Shown here piece by piece: positions 17,379-25,946 of a stretch of DNA of 64,000 bases. The stretch spans positions 2,985 to 66,984 of the forward strand of contig JBGPDL010000005.1 in assembly GCA_041482275.1 (NCBI GenBank). The letters are read 5' to 3'. The stretch comes from Gemmatimonadota bacterium (GTDB lineage: Bacteria > Gemmatimonadota > Gemmatimonadetes > Gemmatimonadales > GWC2-71-9). The position numbers and the translations under genes were made by a program. The notes beneath the pieces are model-generated. The model saw only the letters and a program-made list of their open reading frames with translations. It had not been told where the DNA came from and did no database searches. Numbering within the stretch: the stretch's first letter is position 1; each line of letters begins with the position of its first letter.

Positions 17379-17528
17379 TCAATCGAAGACGCGGCGCGCC
17401 ACCCACCAAGCAGCGAGGCCGCCCGCGATGAAGCCCACCAGCATCCCCCACGCACCGAACAGCTTGTCGCCGAGCGCTCCGACGAGCGTCGCCACGATGA
17501 GGTTGACGAGCGTCTTGAGTAATTTCAC
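17379..17528 (-). CDS. Small membrane protein (49 aa; GlsB/YeaQ/YmgE-like?)
   Basis: The GTG start overlaps the stop of the upstream cupin gene (GTGA). The sequence KLLKTLVNLIVATLVGALGDKLFGAWGMLVGFIAGGLAAWWVARRVFD contains two hydrophobic helices. The longer tracked ORF (to 17756) overlaps the cupin gene. Confidence 0.45.
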   Translation of the reverse strand: MKLLKTLVNLIVATLVGALGDKLFGAWGMLVGFIAGGLAAWWVARRVFD

Positions 17529-17878
17529 GTCGCGTACCGCTCTGCGCCGAGGAAGTGCAGCGACACGTACGGCTCGGCTCCTTCCACCCAGCTGTCGTGC
17601 CCCGGCGCGATGTGGAACAGGTCGCCGGGGTTGAGGGAGAAGGCCGTGCCGTCGTCCATGACCACGCGGCACCGCCCGGAGACGACGAGCCCCACGTGCT
17701 CCACCTGGCAGCTCTTGGTTCCCGCGGTCGGGCCGACGTGCGCAGACCATTTCCATCCCGGCTCGTAGCTCGCGCGTCCCACCGTCACCGCGCCGATCTG
17801 CACGAGCTCGAACCGCCCCTTCTCGAACCGCCGCGTTTCGTCGGGGCGGTCGAATCGTCTGATGGTTGCCGCCTTCAC
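17525..17878 (-). CDS. Cupin-domain protein
   Basis: 117 aa with a cupin beta-barrel pattern (G..W..H......EH.G.V.SG......DDG.......GD...I.PGH..W). The GTG start overlaps the stop of the DUF167 gene. Confidence 0.7.
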   Translation of the reverse strand: MKAATIRRFDRPDETRRFEKGRFELVQIGAVTVGRASYEPGWKWSAHVGPTAGTKSCQVEHVGLVVSGRCRVVMDDGTAFSLNPGDLFHIAPGHDSWVEGAEPYVSLHFLGAERYAT

Positions 17879-18159
17879 GTCGACTCTCCTCCTGGCTCTG
17901 TGCCGAGCAGCGCGCGCGCCAGTGCCGCCGCGGTCACGCCCGACACGGTCACGGTCTTGCGACGCCCGGTCGCGCCGCTCGCGATCGTCACGGCCCCGCG
18001 CGCCACGCCCACTCGCTCGGCCACGAGCCGGATGAGCTCGGCATTGGCCGCGCCGTCCACGGGGGGCGCCGCCACCCGGATCTTGATGGCGTCTCCGTGA
18101 CGACCCACCACTTCGGTCCGGCGGGCGCGCGGTACCACGTGCACTGCGAGCGCCGCCAT
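17875..18159 (-). CDS. DUF167 (YggU) family protein
   Basis: 94 aa. MAALAVHVVPRARRTEVVG......I.V.APPVDGAAN.ELI..VA..VGV matches the YggU signature. It follows yggT with a 1-nt overlap, which is the canonical gene pair. Confidence 0.8.
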   Translation of the reverse strand: MAALAVHVVPRARRTEVVGRHGDAIKIRVAAPPVDGAANAELIRLVAERVGVARGAVTIASGATGRRKTVTVSGVTAAALARALLGTEPGGEST

Positions 18160-18734
18160 CAGAGGCCCACGCCGATGAGCAGGATTCGCTCCAGCACCAT
18201 GAGGACCAGCCAGGCGGCGAGCGGGCTCCAGTCGATCGCGCCGAACGGGGGGACGACGCGGCGCATCGGCTCCACCACCCAGTCGGTCAGGGCGTACGCC
18301 GGGCGCAGCCAGCGCGTATAGCGGTGGTAGCCGAACCAGCTCGCGAGCACGCGTACCACGAGCGCCGCGACCACGACCTTGTAGGCCAGCTGTATCAGCA
18401 GCGCCGTCGCGTAGCGAGGGCCCGCCGAGAACGCGCCGATGACCCCGTATGCGACCTCCACCACCCAGTTCCACGCCGCCAACACGACGACCCCGGCGGC
18501 CGCGACGCCGACCACCAGCCACCATCCTGCCTGGACCGGGTTGCCGCCCGCGCGCACGAGCCGCGTCTCGACGGGACGGATCAGCGGGTCGCTCACCGCC
18601 CGCAGCACCCGGCCGGGAGCACCGAACGGCGAGATCCGTCGCGTGCGGACCAGCCAGGACGCGAGGGCCACGAGCGCGCTGCCGGCGAACGCGGCGAGCA
18701 CCACGTAGCGGGCGAGGGTATAGGCGGTGAGCAT
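18159..18734 (-). CDS. yggT: YggT-family integral membrane protein (duplicated YGGT domain)
   Basis: 191 aa with four TM segments and two YGGT-like repeats (PLIRPVE..., W.VEPMRRVVPPFG.IDWSPL). Confidence 0.8.
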   Translation of the reverse strand: MLTAYTLARYVVLAAFAGSALVALASWLVRTRRISPFGAPGRVLRAVSDPLIRPVETRLVRAGGNPVQAGWWLVVGVAAAGVVVLAAWNWVVEVAYGVIGAFSAGPRYATALLIQLAYKVVVAALVVRVLASWFGYHRYTRWLRPAYALTDWVVEPMRRVVPPFGAIDWSPLAAWLVLMVLERILLIGVGL

Positions 18735-18751
18735 GCCTTAAGTTTAGCGCG

Positions 18752-20560
18752 ATGCGGCGATTCCTTCAGCGCCTGCGGACGGTTTTCGTGCGGCCGGCGG
18801 CCGTATTCGTCTATCATGCGAGCTACGCCCGCACGGTGTCGGGCGTTCCGATCGATCCGGCGCGCGCCGACGAGATCCTGGCGTTCCTGCTCGACCGGGG
18901 GCTGATCCGCCGGCGCGACGTCTCACGGCCTACCCTCGCGTCCCTCGAAAATCTGCTCCGCGTCCACACCCCCGCCTACCTCGAGTCGCTCCCCGACCCG
19001 GCCACCCTCACCGCGATCTTCGGCTCGCCCGTGCGGCCCGACGAGGTGCAGGACATCATCGATCTGCAGCGGCTGAGCGTGGGCGGGACGATCCAGGCGA
19101 CGCGGCTCGCTCTGGGCCGCGGCGGCCGGATCGCCGTGAACCTGAAGGGCGGCTTGCATCACGCGGCGCCGGCCCGGGGAATGGGGTTCTGCCTCTTCAA
19201 CGACATCGCGGTGGCGATCCGCCGGCTCCGGGCGCGCGGATTCGCCGACCCAGTACTTGTTGTCGATCTCGACCTGCATGACGGCAACGGCACGCGGGCG
19301 GCCTTTGCCGCGGACGCGAGCGTATACACGTTCTCCATTCACAACCGCACCTGGGACGACGCGCCCGCCGTGGCGGCGACGAGCCTGGCGCTCGGCGAAG
19401 GCGTGACCGACGACCAGTATCTGGCGGCGCTGCGCGAGGCGCTGCCGCCGGTGTTGCGAGCCCATCGACCGGGCCTCGTGGTGTACGTCGCCGGCTGCGA
19501 TGCCGCAGCGGACGATCAGCTCGGCGACTGGCGCATCACGCCCGTGGGGATGCTCGAGCGCGATCGGTTCGTCGTCGAGCAGGTGCGCGGCGCGCACGGC
19601 CGCCGCCGCATCCCGCTCGTGATCGTGCCCGGCGGGGGCTACGGTCCGAATGCGTGGCGCTACTCGGCGCGGTTCTTCGGGTGGCTCGTGTCCGGGCGCG
19701 TGATCGAGCCGCCGGGCGACATGGAGCTCGCGCTGGGCCGGTTCCGCCCGGTGGCGCGCCAGTTCGCCGAGAGCGCGCTCGTGCGCAGTGAGACGCGTGC
19801 CGCGACGGCCGAGTGGAGCCTGAGCGAGGCGGACGTCGCGGCCCCGGCGCAGGGCCGCGCGGGGGACCGCATCCTGGAGCACTACTCGCGGCACAGCCTG
19901 GAGTTATTGCTCGAGCGGTTGGGTTTCTTCAAGCGGCTCCGCGACCGCGGCTTCCGGCATCCGGTGCTCGACGTCGAGTTCGGCCATGCGCTCGGGGAGA
20001 CGATCCGCGTGTACGGCGACGCTGCGCGCGCGGAACTCCTGATGGAGCTGCGGATCAACCGCAGCCAGCGGGTCGTACCGGGCATGGACGTGTTGTACGT
20101 CGAATGGCTGCTGCTGCAGAATCCCCGCGCCGCGTTCGGCGGCCGGCTCGCCCCGTTGCCGGGGCAGGAGCACCCCGGGCTCGGGATGCTGGGCGAGGTC
20201 GCGGCCTGGCTAGTCGTGATGTGCGAGACCCTCGGACTGGACGGGGTGGTGTTCGTGCCGGCGCACTATTACACCGCCGCCCTCGGCCATCACCGCCTGC
20301 GGTTCCTCGAGCCCGAGCACCAGGCACGGTTCGAAGCGCTGCAGCAGGCGGTCGCGGGGATGAGCCTCGCGGACGCGGATCGGGCGATCGCCGAGGGGCG
20401 AGTCGTGGACGGCGCGACCGGCGAGGCGGTGCGCTGGCATCCCGCCACGATGGTGGTTCCGGTGAGCCCTCGGCTCAAGGGGCTCGTGCTGGGCCCGAGC
20501 TATGAGTGGGCCGTCGGGACGGCTCGGAGCGCGATGCGAGTACGGCTCGCTACGGAGTGA
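18752..20560 (+). CDS. Histone-deacetylase-family (arginase/deacetylase fold) enzyme fused to a ~270-aa uncharacterised C-terminal domain
   Basis: The N-terminal ~320 aa carry GGLHHA, DLDLHDGNGT and GGGY, the catalytic motifs of HDAC/acetylpolyamine amidohydrolases. The C-terminal region (about 19700-20557) has no motif I can name with confidence. There is a weak GNAT-like beta-alpha pattern around LYVEWLLLQNP...GLGMLGEVAAWL. Confidence 0.8.
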   Translation: MRRFLQRLRTVFVRPAAVFVYHASYARTVSGVPIDPARADEILAFLLDRGLIRRRDVSRPTLASLENLLRVHTPAYLESLPDPATLTAIFGSPVRPDEVQDIIDLQRLSVGGTIQATRLALGRGGRIAVNLKGGLHHAAPARGMGFCLFNDIAVAIRRLRARGFADPVLVVDLDLHDGNGTRAAFAADASVYTFSIHNRTWDDAPAVAATSLALGEGVTDDQYLAALREALPPVLRAHRPGLVVYVAGCDAAADDQLGDWRITPVGMLERDRFVVEQVRGAHGRRRIPLVIVPGGGYGPNAWRYSARFFGWLVSGRVIEPPGDMELALGRFRPVARQFAESALVRSETRAATAEWSLSEADVAAPAQGRAGDRILEHYSRHSLELLLERLGFFKRLRDRGFRHPVLDVEFGHALGETIRVYGDAARAELLMELRINRSQRVVPGMDVLYVEWLLLQNPRAAFGGRLAPLPGQEHPGLGMLGEVAAWLVVMCETLGLDGVVFVPAHYYTAALGHHRLRFLEPEHQARFEALQQAVAGMSLADADRAIAEGRVVDGATGEAVRWHPATMVVPVSPRLKGLVLGPSYEWAVGTARSAMRVRLATE

Positions 20561-21467
20561 ACACGTCCACGGCGTCCGTCTGCGCGAACCCCGCCCGCGG
20601 GCCCCCGCCGATCACGTACAGCCTCCCGCCGAGCGCCGCCGCGGCGAGGCCGTGGCGCGCCGCGGGCAGCGCGGGCGCGACGGTCCAGCGGTCGGCCGCC
20701 GGGTCGTACACCTCGTGGCTGGCGAACACCGAGTTGCGGGTTTCGCCGCCCACCGCGTGGATCTTGCCGTCCAGCACCGCCGTCGCGAGGCCGCCGCGCC
20801 GGGTCGGCATGGGTGAGCGCGGGATCCAGCGATCGTGCGCGGGGTCGTACGCTTCGACCACGTCGTAGTTGCGGCCGGGGTCGAACGGCCGCCCGCCGAT
20901 CGCATAGACGAGACCGCCCACCGCCGCCGCGGCGAGATGGTCGCGCGGGGTCGGAATCGGCGCCGCCTCGCGCCAGCGGTCGGCGGCGGGGTCGTAGATC
21001 GCCGTCGCTGCGACCAGTCGCCGCCCCGCGCCCCATCCACCGACGACGATCAGTTTGCCGTTGACGACTCCCACGCCCGACGCACCCCGCGGCGCGGGGA
21101 GCGGCGCGCGCGGCTCCCAGCGGTTCGCGTGTCCATCATACAGCCACAGCGTCGGCTCCGGCACGAAGCTCTGCTCGGCGAGCCCTCCGACCGCGTACAA
21201 CGTGTCGCCCACGACGGCGAGCGGCATGTGATGGCGCGGGGCGGGGAGATCCGCGATGCGCTCCCAGCGGTTCGCCGCCGGGTCGTAGCGGAACACGGCG
21301 GCGGTGGGCCGGCTGGCGCGGTCGATCCCTCCGGCGACGTAGATCTTGCCGCGCAAGACCGCGGCGCTGAGTTCCTGGACGGGCTCGGGGAGCGGTGCGG
21401 CGGAGGACCAGGTACCGTCGCCTGCGAAGAACGGCAGAAAGACGAGGGCGGGTGGGACGAGTCGCAT
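20550..21467 (-). CDS. Kelch-repeat beta-propeller protein, secreted
   Basis: 305 aa with six repeats of the type G..Y..GG........V..YDP..N.W....P.P..R. The start overlaps the sucA stop by 1 nt. The 3' end overlaps the convergent HDAC gene by 11 nt. Confidence 0.85.
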   Translation of the reverse strand: MRLVPPALVFLPFFAGDGTWSSAAPLPEPVQELSAAVLRGKIYVAGGIDRASRPTAAVFRYDPAANRWERIADLPAPRHHMPLAVVGDTLYAVGGLAEQSFVPEPTLWLYDGHANRWEPRAPLPAPRGASGVGVVNGKLIVVGGWGAGRRLVAATAIYDPAADRWREAAPIPTPRDHLAAAAVGGLVYAIGGRPFDPGRNYDVVEAYDPAHDRWIPRSPMPTRRGGLATAVLDGKIHAVGGETRNSVFASHEVYDPAADRWTVAPALPAARHGLAAAALGGRLYVIGGGPRAGFAQTDAVDVFTP

Positions 21468-24400
21468 CAGGCGACGAACGCCGCCGCCAGCATGCGTGCC
21501 TGCTCCGCCTGGTGGGCCGCGGGGTAGCCTTCCGCCGGGCTCGAGCGCTCGGGGCGCGCGATCGCCTGCAGGGTGAGCGTCGCCGGCACGAGCTCGCGCA
21601 GCTGCGGCAGCATGAACTTCTGGGGTCCCATGTTACGCGGCTCCTCCTGCACCCACACGATCTCTCGCAGGTTGGGATAGCCGCGCACCAGGGCCGCGAG
21701 CTCCTCGCGCGGGAAGGGGTACAGCAGCTCCACACGCCCGATCGCCACGTGCGTGGCCTGAGCCCGCGCCGGCGCCAGCGTGAGGTCGTAGTACACCTTG
21801 CCGCTGCACAGGATGAGCCGCTCCACCGCCTCGCGGCGCTCGGCCGCCGTGCGATCGTCGAGCACCGGCTGGAACCGCCCGCCCGTCAGCTCTTCGAGCC
21901 GCGAGTTCGCCTGCGGCAGGCGCAGCAGGCTCTTGGGTGTGAACAGCACCAGCGGACGGAGCTCCGTGTGGCGCGCCTGGCGCCGCAGCAGGTGGAAGTA
22001 CTGCGCCGGCGTGGTGCAATTCGCGATGCGGATGTTCCCGTCGGCGCCGAGCGCCAAGAACCGCTCGATCCGTGCGCTCGAATGCTCGGGTCCCTGGCCC
22101 TCGTAGCCGTGCGGCAGGAGCAGGGTGAGACGGGACGTCTGCCCCCACTTCGCGAGCCCGGCGATGAGGAACTGATCGATGATGACCTCGGCGCCGTTCG
22201 TGAAGTCCCCGTATTGCGCCTCCCACAGCACCAGCGTCTCGGGCGCCGCCGCCGCGTAGCCGTACTCGAAGCCCAGGCAGGCGAACTCGGAGAGCGGGCT
22301 GTTGTGCAGCTCGAACGGCGCGCGCGCCCCAGGGAGGTTCTGGATCGGCGCATGACGGCGGCCGTCCGTCGCGTCGTGGAGCACCAGGTGGCGCTGGCTG
22401 AACGTGCCGCGCTCCGTGTCCTGACCTGTGAGGCGGATCGCCGTCCCTTCGGCCACGAGCGACGCGAATGCCAGGGCTTCGGCGTGTGCCCACTCGATCT
22501 GTCCCTCGGCAAGGGCCGGGCGCCGCCGCTCGAGCTGCTTCATCAGCTTGGGAATGACGCTGAAACCGTCCGGCACCATCAGGAGTTGCTCGTTCAACGT
22601 CGTGAGCAGCGGCGCGGCCACCGCCGTGTCGGGCTCGGCGACCGGCTGCTGCCCGCCGGAGATGCGCTGCGGCTCCTCGCCCGCTCCCGCTTCGCGCAGG
22701 TGAGCCTTGAGCGATTGCTGGATGTCCGCGAGCCGCTGGTACACCTGCTCGACGTCGGCGCTCGCCTGGGCCTCCGCTACCACGCCCTCGCGCGCCAGCT
22801 GGTCGGCGTAGCGCTGCCGCGCCGTGGGTGTCTGCTTGATCCGTTCGTACATCACCGGCTGCGTGTACGCCGGCTCGTCGCCTTCGTTGTGACCGTGCCG
22901 CCGGTAGCCCACCACGTCGATCACCACGTCCGCGTGGAACTTGTCGCGGTACAGCATGGCGAGCCGTGCCGCCGCGACGCACGCCTCCGGATCGTCGGCG
23001 TTGACGTGGACGATCGGCGCGTCGAAGCCCTTGGCCAAGTCGCTCGAGTAATCGGTCGAGCGCCCTTCCTTGGGGTCGGTGGTGAAGCCGAGCTGGTTGT
23101 TCGCGATCAGGTGGATGGTGCCGCCGGTGGTGTAGCCCTTCAGGCGGGCGAGGTTGAACGTCTCCGCCACCACCCCCTGGGCGGCGAACGACGCATCCCC
23201 GTGGATCAGCACGGGCAGCGCCACCGACCCGTCCTGGATCGCGTCCTTGCCGCGGCGATTGGTCTGGTTGGCCCGCGCGCGTCCCTCGACCACCGGGTTC
23301 ACGGCTTCGAGATGGCTCGGGTTCGGGGTCAGCGTGATGTTGACGGGCTTGCCCGCGGCGGTCTGGTACACGCCGTCGGCGCCGTGGTGGTACTTCACGT
23401 CGCCCGTGCCGCCCTCGGGCGTGAGTGTTTCCTCCACGTGCCGCCCGCCTTCGAACTCGGCGAAGATCGTCTCGTAGGGGAGTCCCACGATGTGGGCGAG
23501 CACGTTCAACCGGCCGCGGTGCGCCATGCCGAGCACCAGCCGCCGGGCCCCGCTCGCGCCGGCCAGCTCGATCGTCTGGTCGAGCATCGGGACGAGCACG
23601 TCGAGCCCCTCGATCGAGAAGCGCTTGTGGCCAAGGTAGGCCTTGTGCAAAAAGCGCTCGAGCGTCTCGACCGCCGTCAGGCGCGACAGCAGCTTGCGCC
23701 TTTCGTCGGGCGCAAGGGGCTTGCGATGCTCGCCCGATTCGATCACCTGACGCAGCCAGAGGCGCTCCTGGTGGCTGCCGATGTGCTCCACCTCGTACGA
23801 GATGGTGCCGCAGTACGTCTCCTGCAGCCTCGGATAGGCCTCGGCGAGCGTCCGCCCGGGGACGTAGATGCGCAGCAAGTCGGCCGGGATGCGGGCCATG
23901 ATCTCGGGGCTCAAGCCCAGCGGCGCGGGATCGAGCGCTGGATCGCCCGGCGGCTCGGAGCCAAGCGGGTCGAGCCGTGCGGCGAGGTGACCGAAATGCC
24001 GGATCGCTTTTACCAGCGCCATGGCGGCGGCCACATGCTTGAGATCTTCGACCCCGGGCTCCACCCCCGCGCCGGGGAGCGCGGAGCGGGGAGCGGTTCC
24101 TGTCGGTGCAGCAGAGGGCACCGCTCCCTGCTCCCCGCTCCCTTTGAGTCTCAGGCTCTCGAATACCGATCCGTAGAACCCGTCTGCGTCCTGGAGCAGA
24201 TCGTCGAGCCGACGGAGAAACATCCCCGACTCCGCCCCCTGTATGATGCGGTGATCGTAGGTCGACGTGATCGTCATGACCTTGGCCGGTCCACTCGAAC
24301 GGATCGCGCCGGTCGCGATGATCGAGCCTTGGCCCTTCATGAGGCGCGGCACCGAGGCGACCGTCCCGATGGTGCCGGGGTTCGTGAGCGTGATGGTCGC

Positions 24401-25090
24401 GCCTGCGAAGTCGTCCGGGAGGAGGCGGTTGGTGCGCGCCTTCTCGACCAGGCTCTCGTACGCCGCGTGGAAGGTCGCGAAGTCCATGGCCTCGGCGTGC
24501 CGGATGACGGGGACCACCAGGGCGTGGCTGCCGTCCTTCTTCTCCACGTCCACGGCGAGTCCGAGGTGCAGCGCATGCGGATCGAACCGGTGCGCCTTGC
24601 CCTCCACTTCCTGGAACGCGTGCGTCATCACCGGGAATTGGCGCGCGGCGCGCGCGATCGCGTGGCCGATCAAGTGGGTGAAAGAAACCTTCTTACCGGT
24701 CGCGGCGAGCGCGCTGTTCAGCTCGCGGCGCCGGGCGTCCAGGACATCGACCGCGATCTCGCGGAACGAGGTGGCGGTCGGGACGGACAGGGAGTCCGTC
24801 ATGTTCTGGACGAGACGGGCGGCGGGACCGGTGATGGGGGTCAGGCTCGTTGAGACCGTGAGCGGGGAGCTGGGAGCGGCACCCGCCGTGGCAGCGGAGG
24901 GAACCGGTCCCTGCTCCCCGCTCCCGAGCACTTCGGCGCGGCTCGTCGGGATCACCGGCAGCTCTGCCAGCTTCCCATTGTCGAAGAGGCTCCGCCACTC
25001 CTCGTCCACGGAGGAGGGATCCCGCAGGTACTGCTCGTACATCACCTGCACGAAGGCGGCATTGTGCGTGCCGAAGACGAACTCGCTCAC
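21467..25090 (-). CDS. sucA: 2-oxoglutarate dehydrogenase E1 component of the Kgd/OdhA type (E1o fused to an N-proximal E2-like acyltransferase domain)
   Basis: 1207 aa with a SucA N-terminus (FGTHNAAFVQVMYEQYLRDPSSVDEEWR). An acyltransferase catalytic domain ends in STYDHRIIQGAESG. A full E1o/TPP region follows (HRGRLNVL..., GDVKYH, NPSHLE). The start is GTG, with AGGTGA upstream. Confidence 0.93.
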   Translation of the reverse strand: MSEFVFGTHNAAFVQVMYEQYLRDPSSVDEEWRSLFDNGKLAELPVIPTSRAEVLGSGEQGPVPSAATAGAAPSSPLTVSTSLTPITGPAARLVQNMTDSLSVPTATSFREIAVDVLDARRRELNSALAATGKKVSFTHLIGHAIARAARQFPVMTHAFQEVEGKAHRFDPHALHLGLAVDVEKKDGSHALVVPVIRHAEAMDFATFHAAYESLVEKARTNRLLPDDFAGATITLTNPGTIGTVASVPRLMKGQGSIIATGAIRSSGPAKVMTITSTYDHRIIQGAESGMFLRRLDDLLQDADGFYGSVFESLRLKGSGEQGAVPSAAPTGTAPRSALPGAGVEPGVEDLKHVAAAMALVKAIRHFGHLAARLDPLGSEPPGDPALDPAPLGLSPEIMARIPADLLRIYVPGRTLAEAYPRLQETYCGTISYEVEHIGSHQERLWLRQVIESGEHRKPLAPDERRKLLSRLTAVETLERFLHKAYLGHKRFSIEGLDVLVPMLDQTIELAGASGARRLVLGMAHRGRLNVLAHIVGLPYETIFAEFEGGRHVEETLTPEGGTGDVKYHHGADGVYQTAAGKPVNITLTPNPSHLEAVNPVVEGRARANQTNRRGKDAIQDGSVALPVLIHGDASFAAQGVVAETFNLARLKGYTTGGTIHLIANNQLGFTTDPKEGRSTDYSSDLAKGFDAPIVHVNADDPEACVAAARLAMLYRDKFHADVVIDVVGYRRHGHNEGDEPAYTQPVMYERIKQTPTARQRYADQLAREGVVAEAQASADVEQVYQRLADIQQSLKAHLREAGAGEEPQRISGGQQPVAEPDTAVAAPLLTTLNEQLLMVPDGFSVIPKLMKQLERRRPALAEGQIEWAHAEALAFASLVAEGTAIRLTGQDTERGTFSQRHLVLHDATDGRRHAPIQNLPGARAPFELHNSPLSEFACLGFEYGYAAAAPETLVLWEAQYGDFTNGAEVIIDQFLIAGLAKWGQTSRLTLLLPHGYEGQGPEHSSARIERFLALGADGNIRIANCTTPAQYFHLLRRQARHTELRPLVLFTPKSLLRLPQANSRLEELTGGRFQPVLDDRTAAERREAVERLILCSGKVYYDLTLAPARAQATHVAIGRVELLYPFPREELAALVRGYPNLREIVWVQEEPRNMGPQKFMLPQLRELVPATLTLQAIARPERSSPAEGYPAAHQAEQARMLAAAFVA
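24074..24142. repeat. In-frame hairpin element (GGGGAGC heptad family), copy 1, inside sucA between the E2-like and E1 domains
   Basis: GGGGAGCGCGGAGCGGGGAGCGGTT faces GCACCGCTCCCTGCTCCCCGCTCCC, with 21 of 23 positions complementary. On the coding strand it is translated as KGSGEQGAVPSAAPTGTAPRSALPG. Confidence 0.75.
24859..24928. repeat. In-frame hairpin element (GGGGAGC heptad family), copy 2, inside sucA between the N-terminal segment and the E2-like domain
   Basis: GAGCGGGGAGCTGGGAGCGGCACC faces GAACCGGTCCCTGCTCCCCGCTCCCGAG. It is translated as LGSGEQGPVPSAATAGAAPSSPL. It has the same orientation and reading frame as copy 1 and is offset from it by exactly 783 nt. Confidence 0.75.
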
Positions 25091-25251
25091 GGCTTCAATT
25101 TAATCACCTGGCGAACCGCAGCGCCCTCCCTGGAGCCGAACGAACAGCAGTTGACGAGGCGCCGTCGCCGTGAGGCGGTAGCCCGTCGCCAGCCCCGAAT
25201 CGTTCACCCACCACACGGTGTTGGGGGCGTCGGACGGGAAAAAGTCGCCGG

Positions 25252-25866
25252 TCAGGCCGGCGCGAGTTGGGCGAGCTCACGATCGTGGCGCCGCGCGAGC
25301 AACAACTGCGCCATACACGCGCCCACCAGGGCCAGAAACATGTCCCATTGCGTATCCCAGACGTCGCCCTGCGTCCCCAGGAAATCCGTTGCCGCTTCAC
25401 CCCAAGCCAGCGCCGTCCACCATTCGATGAGCTCGTAGCACGCGCTGAGCGCCAGGGCGATGCTCGCGACGATGAAGAACAGCCACCCGCCGGGCCGGAG
25501 CAGCGTGCGCCGGAGTAGGATCTCACGGGCGATCATCGCAGGGACGAACCCTTGCGCGAAATGCCCCAGACGGTCGTAGTGGTTCCGGGTGAAGCCCAAG
25601 AGGCCCTCGGCCCAGAACCCGAGCGGCACCCGCGCGTACGTGTAGTGGCCGCCGACCATGAGGATCACGGCGTGCAGAAAGATGAGCCGGTAGACGAGCG
25701 GCGTGAGCGGAACCTGCCGCGCGGTCGCGACGAGCAGCGGAGCGCCGATCAGGATCGGCGCGACCTCGAGCAGCCACGTGGTGCGATCGTACGGGTGGAT
25801 CGCGCTCACCGCGAGCAGGGCGACACCGCCCACCAGCAGCAGCAACGGCTCGGATCGGCGTGGCAT
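25252..25866 (-). CDS. DUF2238 (YjdF-like) inner membrane protein
   Basis: Start trimmed to ATG 25866 (MPRRSEPLLLLVGGVALL...). It is a 204-aa polytopic protein with HYTYA.VP and NHYDR.GHF..GF motifs recalled from the YjdF family. Confidence 0.65.
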   Translation of the reverse strand: MPRRSEPLLLLVGGVALLAVSAIHPYDRTTWLLEVAPILIGAPLLVATARQVPLTPLVYRLIFLHAVILMVGGHYTYARVPLGFWAEGLLGFTRNHYDRLGHFAQGFVPAMIAREILLRRTLLRPGGWLFFIVASIALALSACYELIEWWTALAWGEAATDFLGTQGDVWDTQWDMFLALVGACMAQLLLARRHDRELAQLAPA

Positions 25867-25946
25867 CGGGACCGGCCAAGCATAACGCTCCCACGCCGGG
25901 CTCGCGACCCAGGCCGTCCGCGTCAGCGCGCCGGCCCCCCGTACCC

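Noticed and set aside
21395-24853. 1152-aa ORF on the plus strand, with similar long ORFs at 5214-7136, 35701-37770, 39561-41915, 43060-45045, 52025-area minus-strand frames and 55063-56799
   Set aside because: These lie antisense to genes with clear conserved-family signatures (sucA, TolC-like, GH38-like, glcF/ygfZ, glcD, tamA/tamB). Their translations are Arg/Gly/Ala/Pro-rich low-complexity sequence. This is typical of stop-poor alternative frames in ~70% GC DNA.
25091-25251. Possible structured leader or small gene upstream of sucA (direct repeat GGCGACGG x2, small CACC..GGTG hairpin, CTTTTT tract after the DUF2238 stop)
   Set aside because: The pairings are short and GC-driven. There is no convincing terminator or ORF (the tracked ORF 25104-25526 looks spurious). 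The evidence is insufficient to call a feature.
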